Positions 49,655 to 60,320 of a DNA stretch of 64,000 nucleotides are shown piece by piece; position 1 is the stretch's first letter; every line of letters starts with the position of its first letter. Position numbers and translations under genes: made by a program. The notes beneath the pieces were generated by a model, which saw only the letters and a list, made by a program, of their open reading frames with translations, did no database searches and was not told the origin of the DNA. The stretch is from the NCBI GenBank assembly GCA_964626665.1, contig CAZVGK010000010.1, positions 1-64,000 of the forward strand. Direction: 5' to 3'. Source of the DNA: an uncultured Gemmatimonadota bacterium (lineage in GTDB: Bacteria > SM23-81 > DAOVCL01).

Positions 49655-49918
49655 ATGGTAGAGCAGGTTATTGAGGGGACGCTTCCTCGGATAGAGATTT
49701 TGGAGGAGGAGTGTAAGGGTTGTGGGCTGTGTATCCAAGATTGTCCCGTAAAAGTGATTGAGGTCTCTCCCTCCCTGAACAGTCACGGGTATCATCCGGC
49801 TCGTTACAAGGGGGAAGGGTGTATTGGGTGTGGTATCTGTTTTTATGTCTGTCCTGAACCAGGGGCGATAACGGTTTATATGAAGGGGTATAAACCGCCA
49901 AAGAAAGAGGAGGAATAG
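49655..49918 (+). CDS. 2[4Fe-4S] ferredoxin-type delta subunit of 2-oxoacid oxidoreductase
   Basis: Two CxxCxxCxxxCP motifs; ATG 49655 after AAGGAG. Confidence 0.9.
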   Translation: MVEQVIEGTLPRIEILEEECKGCGLCIQDCPVKVIEVSPSLNSHGYHPARYKGEGCIGCGICFYVCPEPGAITVYMKGYKPPKKEEE

Positions 49919-50986
49919 ATGGCCAGGGAGTTGATCAAGGGGAACGAGGCAGTGGTAAAGGGGGCCATCTTAGCCGGGTGCCGGGCCTATTTCGGTTATC
50001 CAATTACCCCGGCCAGTGAGATCGCCCATGCTGCTGCTCGGTATCTCCCCTTGGTGGGGGGGACATTTATTCAGGGAGAAAGTGAGGTGGCCTCCATTCA
50101 GATGGTCTATGGAGCAGCCTCGGCAGGCCAAAGGGCGTTGACGGCATCCTCCGGCCCGGGAATCAGCTTGAAACAGGAGGGGGTCTCCTATATGGCTGGC
50201 TCTGAGCTTCCCTGTGTGATTGTTGATGTGATGAGGGGAGGGCCCGGTTTGGGGAATATTGCCCCTGAACAGGGTGATTATCATCAAGTGGTCAAAGGCG
50301 GTGGCCATGGGAACTACAAGACAATCGTCTTGGCCCCAAACTCCGCTCAGGAGATGTGTGATCTCACTATGTTGGCCTTCGATCTTGCTGACAAATATAG
50401 AAATCCGGCTGTTGTTTTGGCAGATGGCTTTGTGGGACAGATGATGGAGCCTGTGGAGTTTCCCAAGCCAAAACCGATCAAAGGGGAGAAACCTTGGGTT
50501 GTCAATGGGACTAAAGAGATGAGCAAGAACCTGATCACCTCCATCTATCTTTCCCCTGAGGAGTTAGAGGAGCATGTAATGAAGTTGGCCCGCAAATATG
50601 CGGAGGTGGAGGAAAAGGAGCAGCGGTTTGAGGCCTACCAATTAGAGGGGGCAGAGATTGTCACCATAGGCTATGGCATAGTCTCTCGGATACTCCATAC
50701 TGTTGTGGATAGGGCAAGGAAGGAAGGGATGAAGATAGGGTTACTGCGGCCGATTACCCTTTGGCCTTTTCCCAGGAAGAAGATGAAGGAACTAGCCGAG
50801 AGCGTGAAGAGTTTCCTGGTGGTGGAGATGAGCACTGGCCAAATGGTTGACGATGTGAGGTTGGCCACCGAGGAAAGGAAGCCCGTGCACTTTTATGGAA
50901 GGAGTGGGGGAATGGTTCCCTCCGTGGATGAGATTTGGCAAAAGATTAAAGAGATCACAAATGTAACCGCAGATGAATCTGGATAG
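49919..50986 (+). CDS. vorB: 2-oxoisovalerate/2-oxoacid:ferredoxin oxidoreductase alpha subunit (VorB-type)
   Basis: [23 protein letters not shown] and RGGPGLG. Confidence 0.88.
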   Translation: MARELIKGNEAVVKGAILAGCRAYFGYPITPASEIAHAAARYLPLVGGTFIQGESEVASIQMVYGAASAGQRALTASSGPGISLKQEGVSYMAGSELPCVIVDVMRGGPGLGNIAPEQGDYHQVVKGGGHGNYKTIVLAPNSAQEMCDLTMLAFDLADKYRNPAVVLADGFVGQMMEPVEFPKPKPIKGEKPWVVNGTKEMSKNLITSIYLSPEELEEHVMKLARKYAEVEEKEQRFEAYQLEGAEIVTIGYGIVSRILHTVVDRARKEGMKIGLLRPITLWPFPRKKMKELAESVKSFLVVEMSTGQMVDDVRLATEERKPVHFYGRSGGMVPSVDEIWQKIKEITNVTADESG

Positions 50987-51278
50987 GCAAAGCCGCAACC
51001 GAATAATTCACCGCAGAGTCGCAAAGAACGCAAAGTTTAAAGATTATTAACCAATCGTTTTATTTCATTTCTCTTTTGCTTTTTATCTCCTCTGCGCTTT
51101 TTGCGGTAAAAAAACTTTGCCCAAAAAACAAGATCTTGCAAAATTGTAGCACAGAAAAACAGGGTTCAGTCTTCAGGGATTGGGAATAGCCAGCATAGGT
51201 TTCATTCTAAATTCTAAATTCTAAATTCTTAATTGCTTTTTTCCGTGGTGAACCATTAAAAGATGAGAGAAAACTGAG

Positions 51279-52706
51279 ATGAGTGGGAGAATACTAAAGA
51301 AGGCGGATTCTTTTTACGATGTTTATGAAAGGAAACCAGGGGCAGACAAGCTTACAACGCATTACTGCCCTGGTTGTGGCCATGGCACCCTGCACAAGAT
51401 CATTGCCGAGGCCATAGACGATTTTGGCATAAGGGATAGGACTATCATCATCAGCCCTGTCGGCTGTAGCGTCTTCGCTTATTATTACTTTGACTGTGGC
51501 AATGTGCAGGTGGCTCATGGGAGGGCACCGGCGGTGGCCACCGGTTTGAAGAGGGCCAATCCAGAGAGCATTGTGATCAGCTACCAAGGGGATGGGGATA
51601 TCGCCGCCATCGGGGGGAACAACATCCTCCAGGCGGCCAACCGGGGGGAGAATATAACAGTCATCTTTGTGAACAATGCCATCTACGGAATGACAGGTGG
51701 GCAGATGGCCCCCACTACTCTGGTGGGGCAGAGGACTATGACCACCCCCAGAGGCCGCGATCCCCACAACGAGGGTTATCCCTTAAGGCTTTCTGAGCTA
51801 CTTGCCACCCTGGAGTCACCGGTCTATATTGAGAGGGTAGCCCTCACCGATGCTAAGAATGTGATGAAGGCCAGGAAGGCAGTGCGCAAGGCCATTCAGT
51901 GTCAGATGGAGAACAAGGGTTTCTCTATGGTGGAGGCCCTCTCCCCCTGTCCCAGTGGCTGGAGGGTCACTCCTGTAGAGGCCAGGGATTGGATAAAGGA
52001 GAGGATGTTGCCCTATTTTAAGCTTGGCATCTACAAGGATATCATCCAGGAGAGGGAATCCTATGTCCCTTCCAAGGAGGAGTTCACTCCCAGTCAGATA
52101 GAGGAGATATTGGGAAGAGCTGAGGCAGGAGTGAAAGAGGAGGGGTGGGTGGAACGGCCCGAGCCCAAGTATCGCAACCCGAGGATCAAGATAGCCGGCT
52201 TTGGAGGGCAGGGGGTCTTGCTCTTGGGGGAGGCCTTGGCCGAAAGTGGCATGAAGGCTGGCTATCAAGTGACTTGGCTACCATCTTATGGCCCGGAGAT
52301 GAGGGGAGGGACAGCTAATTGTCAGGTGATTATCAATGATGATCGCATAGGCTCCCCCCTGGTTTCCACCCCTGATGTGTTGATCGCGATGAACAGGCCT
52401 TCCTTGGAGAGGTTTGAGCCAGAGGTGCGGGAAGGGGGACTGATCATCTACAATAGCTCCCTCATAGACATCGAGCCACGAAGGGAAGATGTGGAGGTTA
52501 TCGCTATCCCGGCCACGGAGATCGCCGATAAATTGGGAAATACCAGGGTGGCCAATATGGTAATCCTGGGAAGCTATGTGGCCAAGACAGGGATTCTCAC
52601 CAAGGAGGCCATAACCTCTGCCTTCCCCGTTTTCATTAAGAGGAGTGACCTTATTCCTTTAAATGAGGAGGCTTTGCAGAAGGGGATGGACTGGGTGAAG
52701 GGTTAA
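51279..52706 (+). CDS. vorA: 2-oxoacid:ferredoxin oxidoreductase fused beta+gamma subunit (VorA-type)
   Basis: HYCPGCGH, TPP motif GDGD...NN and YGMTGGQ; gamma part AGFGGQG and SYGPEMRGG. Confidence 0.85.
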   Translation: MSGRILKKADSFYDVYERKPGADKLTTHYCPGCGHGTLHKIIAEAIDDFGIRDRTIIISPVGCSVFAYYYFDCGNVQVAHGRAPAVATGLKRANPESIVISYQGDGDIAAIGGNNILQAANRGENITVIFVNNAIYGMTGGQMAPTTLVGQRTMTTPRGRDPHNEGYPLRLSELLATLESPVYIERVALTDAKNVMKARKAVRKAIQCQMENKGFSMVEALSPCPSGWRVTPVEARDWIKERMLPYFKLGIYKDIIQERESYVPSKEEFTPSQIEEILGRAEAGVKEEGWVERPEPKYRNPRIKIAGFGGQGVLLLGEALAESGMKAGYQVTWLPSYGPEMRGGTANCQVIINDDRIGSPLVSTPDVLIAMNRPSLERFEPEVREGGLIIYNSSLIDIEPRREDVEVIAIPATEIADKLGNTRVANMVILGSYVAKTGILTKEAITSAFPVFIKRSDLIPLNEEALQKGMDWVKG

Positions 52707-52711
52707 CTTTT

Positions 52712-52745
52712 TGGGGCGATGCCCGCAGGCATCGCCCCCTTTTTG
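52712..52745 (+). terminator. Intrinsic terminator
   Basis: ggggcgatgcc-cgca-ggcatcgcccc followed by a T-run. Confidence 0.85.
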
Positions 52746-53441
52746 TTATAGTAGCCCCAACCAAAACCTGACAGAATTGTTGCTATCTCGGTGATAGGCT
52801 TCCTATAGCACGAAAATTGGGACCTTTCCTTATTTGACATTTATCTTCTCTACTTTTTCTTTAGAAGAAAAAGTAGCAAAAAGAAGCGTGCTTTTCGCCA
52901 ATCTTTTCCCAGGCCTCTTGCAAACTTAGTGGGTAGGGAAACTCCCTTCTCCTTCGCTCTCCGATCCCCATAAATGGGGAGCGAAGAATTGCCCACCCCT
53001 TGATAGGCTCTGGATACTCTTTTGCCAAATCCTGCGGCGAAAAGCACAATCCCCCCACCTGGAGAGAGTATCCCTGATAGGTCGGGATGCCAAACATAGA
53101 TTATACGAGCAATGGATGGTTGCTCCGCATGTTAAAGTCCAGAAGCGGATCACTTTTTTTCCCAAAAGTGAAGGTGGGCCTTCAGCCTCCACACAAAGCC
53201 ACGGGAGAAATGCGGAAACATCCAGCCCACCAGAAAAGTCAATTAAGAATTGAGAATTGAGAATGAAAGAAACTCCCCTAAGTGGCAGAATCGGGGTTCT
53301 GCCACCTCTTCTTTGCAATAATTTCCTCTCCCTTCGATGGCGAGGGGGAAAACCAAAAAATTACTCACCCTCTCCTTAGTCCTCCCCCATCAAGGGGGGA
53401 GGAAATCGTTTATGCGCGTCGCTCGCCGGGGATTATCCCCG

Positions 53442-54593
53442 CTAATCCATCTGTTTTCTTAAGAAGGTAGGAACCTCCAGATCGTCGAGGCTGAATGAGC
53501 CGAAGGACTCCTTTTTTAACTCTTTCCCTTCCTGCGGGGGTTTTCTCCTTAAGAAGGTGGGCCTCTCTAAGTAGTTGAGCTTGGAGCTATGGAAATCCAC
53601 TACCTTAGGCTCTGGTTTGGCAGGGAAGTGGGCCTGGTTCAAACCGGTGGCGATGACCGTTACCCTGACCTCCTCGGTGACATCCTCCTCAATGACGGCC
53701 CCAAATATTATGTTGGCCTCGGGGCCAGCCGCTTCATGAATGACCGAGGTGGCCTCGCTCACCTCATTTAGAGAGAGATCCAGGCCTCCGGTTATGTTTA
53801 TAAGCAACCCTTTGGCCCCGGAGATGGAGGCCTCATCCAGGAGAGGGCAGGAGATGGCCGCCTGGGCTGCCTCCCTTGATCTTCCCTCCCCGCTGCCCGA
53901 GCCTGTTCCCATCAGGGCGTCCCCCATCTCGGCCATAACCATCTTTACATCGGCAAAGTCAAGGTTAATCAGGCCAGGAACGGTGATCAAATCGGAGATC
54001 CCTTTGGTAGCCCGCAGGAGGACCTCATCGGCTAACTTGAAGGCATCCAAAAGGGAGGTCTCCTTGGATACCAAGGTGATCAACCTCTGATTAGGGATGA
54101 CGATCAGGGTGTCTACCTTTTCCTTTAGCTCCTCAATCCCCCTCTCCGCCCTCTCCATTCTCTTCTTCCCCTCGAATTGGAACGGTTTGGTGACTACCCC
54201 TACCGTGAGGGAACCCAACTGTTTGGAGATTTCGGCGATAACCGGACTGGCCCCGGTTCCCGTTCCTCCCCCTATACCGGCGGTGATGAATACCATATCC
54301 GCCCCGGAGAGGGCTTCCTCCACCAGCTCCCGTTCCTCCTCGATGGCCTTCCTCCCTATCTCCGGATCTGAACCAGCCCCTAAGCCCTTGGTTAGCTTGG
54401 CCCCGAGTTGAATCCTATGCGGGGCCTTTGTCCTCTCCAAGACCTGGAGATCTGTGTTTGCAGTGATGAATTCTACCCCTTGCAGATCGGAGTCTATCAT
54501 CCTGTTTACGGCATTTCCTCCCGCTCCTCCTACCCCAATCACCTTCATCTTGGCTCCGCCGCTGCTTACTTCTTCATCAAATTGGAAATTCAT
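53442..54593 (-). CDS. ftsZ: Cell division protein FtsZ
   Basis: [23 protein letters not shown] and C-terminal [12 protein letters not shown]. Confidence 0.98.
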   Translation of the reverse strand: MNFQFDEEVSSGGAKMKVIGVGGAGGNAVNRMIDSDLQGVEFITANTDLQVLERTKAPHRIQLGAKLTKGLGAGSDPEIGRKAIEEERELVEEALSGADMVFITAGIGGGTGTGASPVIAEISKQLGSLTVGVVTKPFQFEGKKRMERAERGIEELKEKVDTLIVIPNQRLITLVSKETSLLDAFKLADEVLLRATKGISDLITVPGLINLDFADVKMVMAEMGDALMGTGSGSGEGRSREAAQAAISCPLLDEASISGAKGLLINITGGLDLSLNEVSEATSVIHEAAGPEANIIFGAVIEEDVTEEVRVTVIATGLNQAHFPAKPEPKVVDFHSSKLNYLERPTFLRRKPPQEGKELKKESFGSFSLDDLEVPTFLRKQMD

Positions 54594-54784
54594 CTTTTCT
54601 TCTCCCCTCCTTTAAGATGTTTTGGCTTTCAATTTAAATATGTTATACTATCGGTGTTGATCCCTTCACCAAGGATGGGATCTGTCTTCATCTGGTTTCT
54701 CACTCCAGAGCTGGGAGCGAGGAATCGCCTTCCCCTGGTTGTCTCCGGATACTATTTTGTTAAACCTTGCTTAGGATCTTGAGC

Positions 54785-56020
54785 TCAGAAGAAGTCCTTA
54801 AACCAGCCCTTCATAACCTTCAGGATCTTTTCGAAGATACCGTTATTGGCCAGGGATAACTTTTTCTTTCCCTGAGGGGGTTGGAGGGCATATTTTATCA
54901 ATCCCAGCCCGGTGGCATGGATGGGGCTGGAGACCAAATCGGTCAACCCTCCGGGAGTGATGGGGATCCCCACCTTTGCCGGCATATCAAAGACCTGTTC
55001 GGCCAGTTCGGCCATTCCCTCCATCATTGAGGCCCCTCCGGTGAGGACCACCCCGGCAGCAAGGAGGTCAGCGAAATCGCTTCTTTTCATCTCCCTCAAG
55101 GCCATCATGAAAATCTCCTCCACCCGAGGCTCTATTATCTGGGCCAGGATCCTCCTGGAGACCGGCCTTGGTTCCCTTCCCCCTACTCCGGGCACCTTTA
55201 TCTGTTCATCTGGCTCCACCATTGAGGGAAGGGCACAGCCATAATTTACCTTTATCCTCTCCGCCTCTTTTAGGGGGCTCCTCAGCCCTATGGCTATATC
55301 CTTGGTGATGTTCTCTCCTCCCCAGCCAACTACTGCCGTGTGCCTGATGCTGCCGTCATAGAACATAGCTATGTCCGTCGTGCCGCCGCCAATGTCCAGG
55401 AGGACAACTCCCAACTTCTTTTCGTCCGGGGTGAGAACTGTATAGCTGGAGGCCAGGGGCTGCAGGACTAAATCATTGACCTTCAGATCTGCCCTTCTTA
55501 TGCTGCGGCAGATGTTCTGTGCGGAGGTTACCGCCCCGGTTACTATGTGCACCTCCACTTCTAATCTTACTCCCATCATCCCCACCGGGTCCTTTATCCC
55601 CGGTTGATCATCAACCCAGAACTCCAGGGGAAGGACATGGAGGACCTCCCTGTCCATAGGGATGGCCACCGCCTTGGCGGCCTCTATTACCCTATCCACA
55701 TCCCTTTTAGTTACCTCCTTGTGGGGCTCGGAGATGGCGATGACCCCCTTGCTGTTCAGGCTCCTGATGTGATCTCCGGCAATTCCAGCATACACCGCAC
55801 TTGCCTTGAGCCCAGCCATAAGCTCGGCATCCTGCACCGCCCTTTTAATGGACTCTACAGTTTTCTCCAAATTGACCACCACCCCCTTCTTCAACCCCTC
55901 CGAAGGGGAGGTGCCCACCCCAATTACATTAAACTCCCCTTGCCCAAGATCCTTGGCTATAATTGCTTCTACCTTTGTTGTTCCAATGTCCAGGCCGACA
56001 ACCGTTTCCTCTTCTTCCAT
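54785..56020 (-). CDS. ftsA: Cell division protein FtsA
   Basis: GLDIGTTK, DIGGGTTD, VLTGG and a C-terminal amphipathic helix ending WFKDFF. Confidence 0.97.
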   Translation of the reverse strand: MEEEETVVGLDIGTTKVEAIIAKDLGQGEFNVIGVGTSPSEGLKKGVVVNLEKTVESIKRAVQDAELMAGLKASAVYAGIAGDHIRSLNSKGVIAISEPHKEVTKRDVDRVIEAAKAVAIPMDREVLHVLPLEFWVDDQPGIKDPVGMMGVRLEVEVHIVTGAVTSAQNICRSIRRADLKVNDLVLQPLASSYTVLTPDEKKLGVVLLDIGGGTTDIAMFYDGSIRHTAVVGWGGENITKDIAIGLRSPLKEAERIKVNYGCALPSMVEPDEQIKVPGVGGREPRPVSRRILAQIIEPRVEEIFMMALREMKRSDFADLLAAGVVLTGGASMMEGMAELAEQVFDMPAKVGIPITPGGLTDLVSSPIHATGLGLIKYALQPPQGKKKLSLANNGIFEKILKVMKGWFKDFF

Positions 56021-56710
56021 CTATAGTTTTCTCCCTTTGCTGACCACCGCCTGATCTCTAAACTGGAGATCTATGAACCCTGGGTTATCCCCAGCCTCCT
56101 TTAAAAGGGGTAAAAGTTCCCGCAGATGGGAGACCTTTTCCCTGAAGTTTCCTTCCCCAAATGCAACCTGGCATCCGTTCTGCAGCCAGAGGGTAATCCC
56201 CTTCTCCCACTTTATCTGGGAGACCATATCCAAGAGGGTGGGATCCTCCCTCTTCATCTGGAGGACAAGCTCCTCAGCGTATCTTTTCCCTATTTCATCC
56301 CCCCCGCTGAAGATGGGAAGATCAAGCGGAGAAGGGGGATCAACTATGAAACCATTCCCTTGCACCAAAAGGTTTCCCTCCCTGTTTACCAAGAAGAGAG
56401 GTTGTTTCTCCTCTATTCTGATCTCTATCAGGTGAGGGAGCCTCTTTATCACCTTCGCCCCCTGCACGATGGGGTTGGCCTCCAACTCCTTTATAAGCTG
56501 GCAGCCATTAAACCTGAAGATGTTCACCCCTTTGGCTGGTTGGGCAAGCTGCAGGACCTCCTTCTGGTCTAAAAGTCTGTTCCCCTTCACCCTGATTCGC
56601 TCGATGCAAAAGTAGGGGGAACACCAGGCCCAATCCCTAAGCAGCCAACCAAGAAGAAGGATGAAACCAAGGCTGAGAATGCCTTTTATCATTAATCCCC
56701 CTCTGCTCAT
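56021..56710 (-). CDS. ftsQ: Cell division protein FtsQ/DivIB
   Basis: N-terminal TM, POTRA domain, C-terminal IDLQF..Q; synteny. Confidence 0.88.
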   Translation of the reverse strand: MSRGGLMIKGILSLGFILLLGWLLRDWAWCSPYFCIERIRVKGNRLLDQKEVLQLAQPAKGVNIFRFNGCQLIKELEANPIVQGAKVIKRLPHLIEIRIEEKQPLFLVNREGNLLVQGNGFIVDPPSPLDLPIFSGGDEIGKRYAEELVLQMKREDPTLLDMVSQIKWEKGITLWLQNGCQVAFGEGNFREKVSHLRELLPLLKEAGDNPGFIDLQFRDQAVVSKGRKL

Positions 56711-57606
56711 TCTTCCTCTCCCACGATCTCCACCTCCAACTCCAAGGTTACCCCGAAGGCCCGGCTCACCTTCTCCTTGATCTGGTCAATAAGCCTGAGA
56801 ACCTGAGAGGCGGTGGCCCCTCCCAAGTTTACGATGAAATTGGCATGGATAGGGGAGACCATAGCTTCTCCCACCCTCATCCCCTTTCCTCCAGCCTTCT
56901 CGATGAGCTCCCCGGCCGGGGCTAAGGGTGGGTTCTTGAAGATGCAGCCAGCGCTTTTTTGGGAGAGGGGTTGGGTCCTGGCCTTGGTCTTTAGGTTCTT
57001 GGAGATTAACCTCTTGATCTCCTCCCTATTCCCTTTCTGTAATTTAAGCCAGACCTGGGTGATCAGGAACCCAGCAGGTAGGTGGGATGATCTGTAGCCA
57101 AAGCCGAGTCCACCCCCCTTCAATTCCCGCCACTTTTTGTTTAGGTTTATCCCTCTGATTTTAAGCACCAGGTCTCCTATTCTTCCACCAAAGGCCCCGG
57201 CATTAGTCTTGATCATTCCCCCGATGCTTCCCGGGATGCCCGCGGCAAATTCCATTCCACTGAGGCCTTGCTCGAGACAGTAGTCCAGGAGATCCTTTCC
57301 CCCTGTCCCGGCAACGACCTCTATCCCCTCTGGGGTAGGGTGGATACCCGTAAACCTGTCGGTTAACCTGATCACCACCCCGGGGAAACCCCCATCCTTC
57401 ACTAAGAGGTTTGTCCCCTTTCCCAGCACCAGAACCTCTTTTCCCTCCTGGCGGACAAATTCAAGGATATTCTCCACATCCTCCTCATCGGCCGGTTCGA
57501 TTAGGGTGTCTATCCACCCTCCCAGGCCGAAGGAAGTGTAGGAGGAGAGGGAGGCCCCGCTGATGATGCTTCCCCTTAATCGCTCGCTCAGTTCCCCTAA
57601 TTCCAT
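56707..57606 (-). CDS. murB: UDP-N-acetylmuramate dehydrogenase
   Basis: GKGTNLL, GIPGSIGG, NAGA, SAGCIFKNP and HANFIVN. Confidence 0.95.
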   Translation of the reverse strand: MELGELSERLRGSIISGASLSSYTSFGLGGWIDTLIEPADEEDVENILEFVRQEGKEVLVLGKGTNLLVKDGGFPGVVIRLTDRFTGIHPTPEGIEVVAGTGGKDLLDYCLEQGLSGMEFAAGIPGSIGGMIKTNAGAFGGRIGDLVLKIRGINLNKKWRELKGGGLGFGYRSSHLPAGFLITQVWLKLQKGNREEIKRLISKNLKTKARTQPLSQKSAGCIFKNPPLAPAGELIEKAGGKGMRVGEAMVSPIHANFIVNLGGATASQVLRLIDQIKEKVSRAFGVTLELEVEIVGEEE

Positions 57607-57693
57607 CGTTTACAGTGATAAATACTTGGACCGTCTATGCCTTGCTCCGTGCAGAGGGGGTAATACCTGACCCCTGCTCCCCGGAGGCTGATC

Positions 57694-59073
57694 TTACTTG
57701 AGCAACGTCAGAAGCTTCTCTCCCACAGTCCAGATGTCCCCGGCCCCCATAGTGACGACCATATCCCCCTGGCGGACAAGTTTGCTGAGGAAAAGGGGGA
57801 GGTCCTCCTTCCGCGGGACCCAGTGGACGGCGGGATGGCCATATTCCTCTGCGGCCTGGGCCACCAACTCCCCGGACACCCCGGGGATCGGTTCCTCCCG
57901 GGCCGGATAGATCTCGGTGACCACCAGCAGGTCCGAGGAACTTAGAGCCTTCCCAAAGTGGCGGCAGAAGTCCCTGGTGCGGGTGTAGAGATGGGGTTGG
58001 AAAACAGCCACTATCCTCCTCTCCCATCCCGCTCTGGCTGCCTGCAGGGTGGCTTCTATCTCCGTGGGATGGTGGGCGTAGTCGTCAACTACCATTACCC
58101 CCTGGTTCTCCCCCTTGATCTCAAACCTGCGGTGCACCCCCCGAAATCCCTGCAGGGAGGAAGCTATCTGCGGGAAGGGGATCTCCAGCTCCAGGCCCAG
58201 GGTAATGGCAGCCAAGGCGTTCTTTACATTGTGTTCCCCGGGGACCTGTAGCTTCACCTCCCCCAAGGTCTCTTCCCCCCTGAGGACCACAAAGCGGCTC
58301 TCCGTCCCCTGGAAGCGGAGGCCATCCCCGCGGATGTCCGCCCCCTTCGTCAGGCCATAGGTGATGAGTTCCCTCTCCACCTGGGGGATGATGGCCTGGA
58401 GGCTGGGTTCATCCAGGCAGAGGATCACCGAACCATAGAAGGGGACCTTGTTGGCAAATTCCACGAAGGCGGATTTCAGATCACCCAAACTGGTGTAACA
58501 GTCCATATGTTCCGCCTCTAAGGTGGTGATGATGGCAATTGTAGGGATGAGCCTGAGGAAGGAGCGGTCGAACTCGTCGGCCTCAGCCACCAGGTAATTC
58601 CCCTTGCCTAAGAGAGCGTTCGTGCCCAAGGCTATCACCCTTCCCCCTACCACGATGGTGGGATCGAAGCCCCCGCTGGTCATCACCTCACCGATCATCG
58701 AGGTGGTCGTTGTCTTGCCATGGGTGCCAGCGATGGCAATGCCAAACTTCATTCTCATCAGCTCCCCTAACATCTCCGCCCTTCTAATCAGGGGTATCCT
58801 TAGGGAGCGGGCTGCCGCCGCCTCGGGGTTTGACTCCTTGATGGCCGAGGAAATGACGACCACATCTGCCCCCTCTACATTCTGTCCCCGATGCTCATAG
58901 TCTATCTTTGCCCCTAAACGAGAGAGCCTCTGGGTAAGGGGGGAGGTCCTTAGGTCGGAACCCGTTACCTGGTATCCCATATCAAGCAGAATCTCGGCAA
59001 TTCCGCTCATCCCAATCCCCCCGATTCCCACTAAGTGAAGCCTCTTAACCTTTCTGAATGGCCTATTTAACAT
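57694..59073 (-). CDS. murC: UDP-N-acetylmuramate--L-alanine ligase
   Basis: GIGGIGMSG, GTHGKTTT, EADE, DDYAHHPTE and FQPH. Confidence 0.97.
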   Translation of the reverse strand: MLNRPFRKVKRLHLVGIGGIGMSGIAEILLDMGYQVTGSDLRTSPLTQRLSRLGAKIDYEHRGQNVEGADVVVISSAIKESNPEAAAARSLRIPLIRRAEMLGELMRMKFGIAIAGTHGKTTTTSMIGEVMTSGGFDPTIVVGGRVIALGTNALLGKGNYLVAEADEFDRSFLRLIPTIAIITTLEAEHMDCYTSLGDLKSAFVEFANKVPFYGSVILCLDEPSLQAIIPQVERELITYGLTKGADIRGDGLRFQGTESRFVVLRGEETLGEVKLQVPGEHNVKNALAAITLGLELEIPFPQIASSLQGFRGVHRRFEIKGENQGVMVVDDYAHHPTEIEATLQAARAGWERRIVAVFQPHLYTRTRDFCRHFGKALSSSDLLVVTEIYPAREEPIPGVSGELVAQAAEEYGHPAVHWVPRKEDLPLFLSKLVRQGDMVVTMGAGDIWTVGEKLLTLLK

Positions 59074-60139
59074 GGGCCAACCTTATAATGGAGGTTGTGA
59101 GGGCCTCAGCGGCTTGGGGTTGGCCGAGCCGAGCTGAGGCGGTGGCCATCCTTTGTAACCTCTCCCCATCCCGCAGAAGGGGGATGGCCGCAGCTATGAG
59201 GGATTTGCCGTTTAGGTCAGCATCGGCTATGACCAAAGCTGCTCCCCTCTGCTGGAAGGCTTGCGCATTCAACCTCTGATGGCCCCCGGTGGCAAAAGGA
59301 TAGGGGATGAGAATTGAAGGCTTTCCCAGGAGGGTGAGCTCGGCGATGGTGGAGCCACCTGCCCTGCTGATCACCAGGTCCGCAGCGGAATAGACCAGGC
59401 CCATATCCTCAAAGAATGAGGCCACCTTTACCCCTGGTTGGGCCATTTTGCTCGCCCATTGCTGATCCCCTTTGCCCGTCTGCCAGATAAGATTTATTCC
59501 TTCCTGGAGAAGGGTTTTTAGGCCGTCCCTCAGGGCCAGGTTCAGGGAGTGGGCCCCCTGACTTCCCCCCAAAAGGAGGATTACCTTTCCCTTTTCCACC
59601 AAACCCAGCATCTTGCGAGCCGTGGCCTTCTCCCATCTCCGCAACCTGCGCACCGGGTTCCCCGGCACAGTAACCAGCTTCCCCCTCAAATAGGCCTTGG
59701 ATGCGGGGAAGCTCAGGCAGACCTCCACAGCAAGAGGAGCCAGCAACCTGTTGGCCAATCCAGGTAAGAGGTTCTGCTCCTGGAGGAGGATGGGGATCCC
59801 CTTGGCTTTGGCTGCCAGGACAACGGGGAGACTAACATATCCGCCAGTCCCCACCACCACCTGGGGGTGGAACCTCCGAAAGAGGAGGAAGGACTCCCAC
59901 ACTCCCTTCGCCACGATAAGGGGAAGGATAAAGTTGGCCAAGGAGAAACCTCTTTTAAAGCCCGCTGAGCTAATTTCCTCCACTGCAAACCCCTTTTCCC
60001 TTAAAATCTTGGCCTCCATTCCGCCCTTTCTTCCAGCGAAGAGGATCTTCACTCCCTTCTCCCGCAGCTTCTCTGCCAGGGCCAGGGCAGGGAAGAGGTG
60101 GCCACCTGTCCCCCCGGCGGCGATTATCGTCCTCACCAC
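59063..60139 (-). CDS. murG: Undecaprenyl-PP-MurNAc-pentapeptide GlcNAc transferase
   Basis: GGTGGH, GGYVS, EQN, GNPVR, GGSQGA and HQ..NA. Confidence 0.97.
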   Translation of the reverse strand: MVRTIIAAGGTGGHLFPALALAEKLREKGVKILFAGRKGGMEAKILREKGFAVEEISSAGFKRGFSLANFILPLIVAKGVWESFLLFRRFHPQVVVGTGGYVSLPVVLAAKAKGIPILLQEQNLLPGLANRLLAPLAVEVCLSFPASKAYLRGKLVTVPGNPVRRLRRWEKATARKMLGLVEKGKVILLLGGSQGAHSLNLALRDGLKTLLQEGINLIWQTGKGDQQWASKMAQPGVKVASFFEDMGLVYSAADLVISRAGGSTIAELTLLGKPSILIPYPFATGGHQRLNAQAFQQRGAALVIADADLNGKSLIAAAIPLLRDGERLQRMATASARLGQPQAAEALTTSIIRLAHVK

Positions 60140-60150
60140 GCCTCCCTGAG

Positions 60151-60320
60151 TAACAGCTCACCACGGAATCTCACGGAATGACACACCTCTTTTCTCTACC
60201 GTTAGAACTCCTCTCCTGACGGCTTGAAAATAGAAATTGGAAAATTGCAATTCCCTCTGCCATCATCTGACGGCAGATCGATGTCCGAAGGCATCTCCTG
60301 CAACCCTCCCTGGTGAACTA
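60151..60320. repeat. Intergenic element with inverted ends between ftsW and murG
   Basis: taacagctcaccacgg ... tggtgaacta; the right end contains the ftsW stop codon. Confidence 0.65.

Noticed and set aside
52850-53470. Several 60-130 aa ORFs in the vorA-ftsZ spacer
   Set aside because: They overlap palindromic and heptamer repeats, lack an RBS and show no recognisable motifs.
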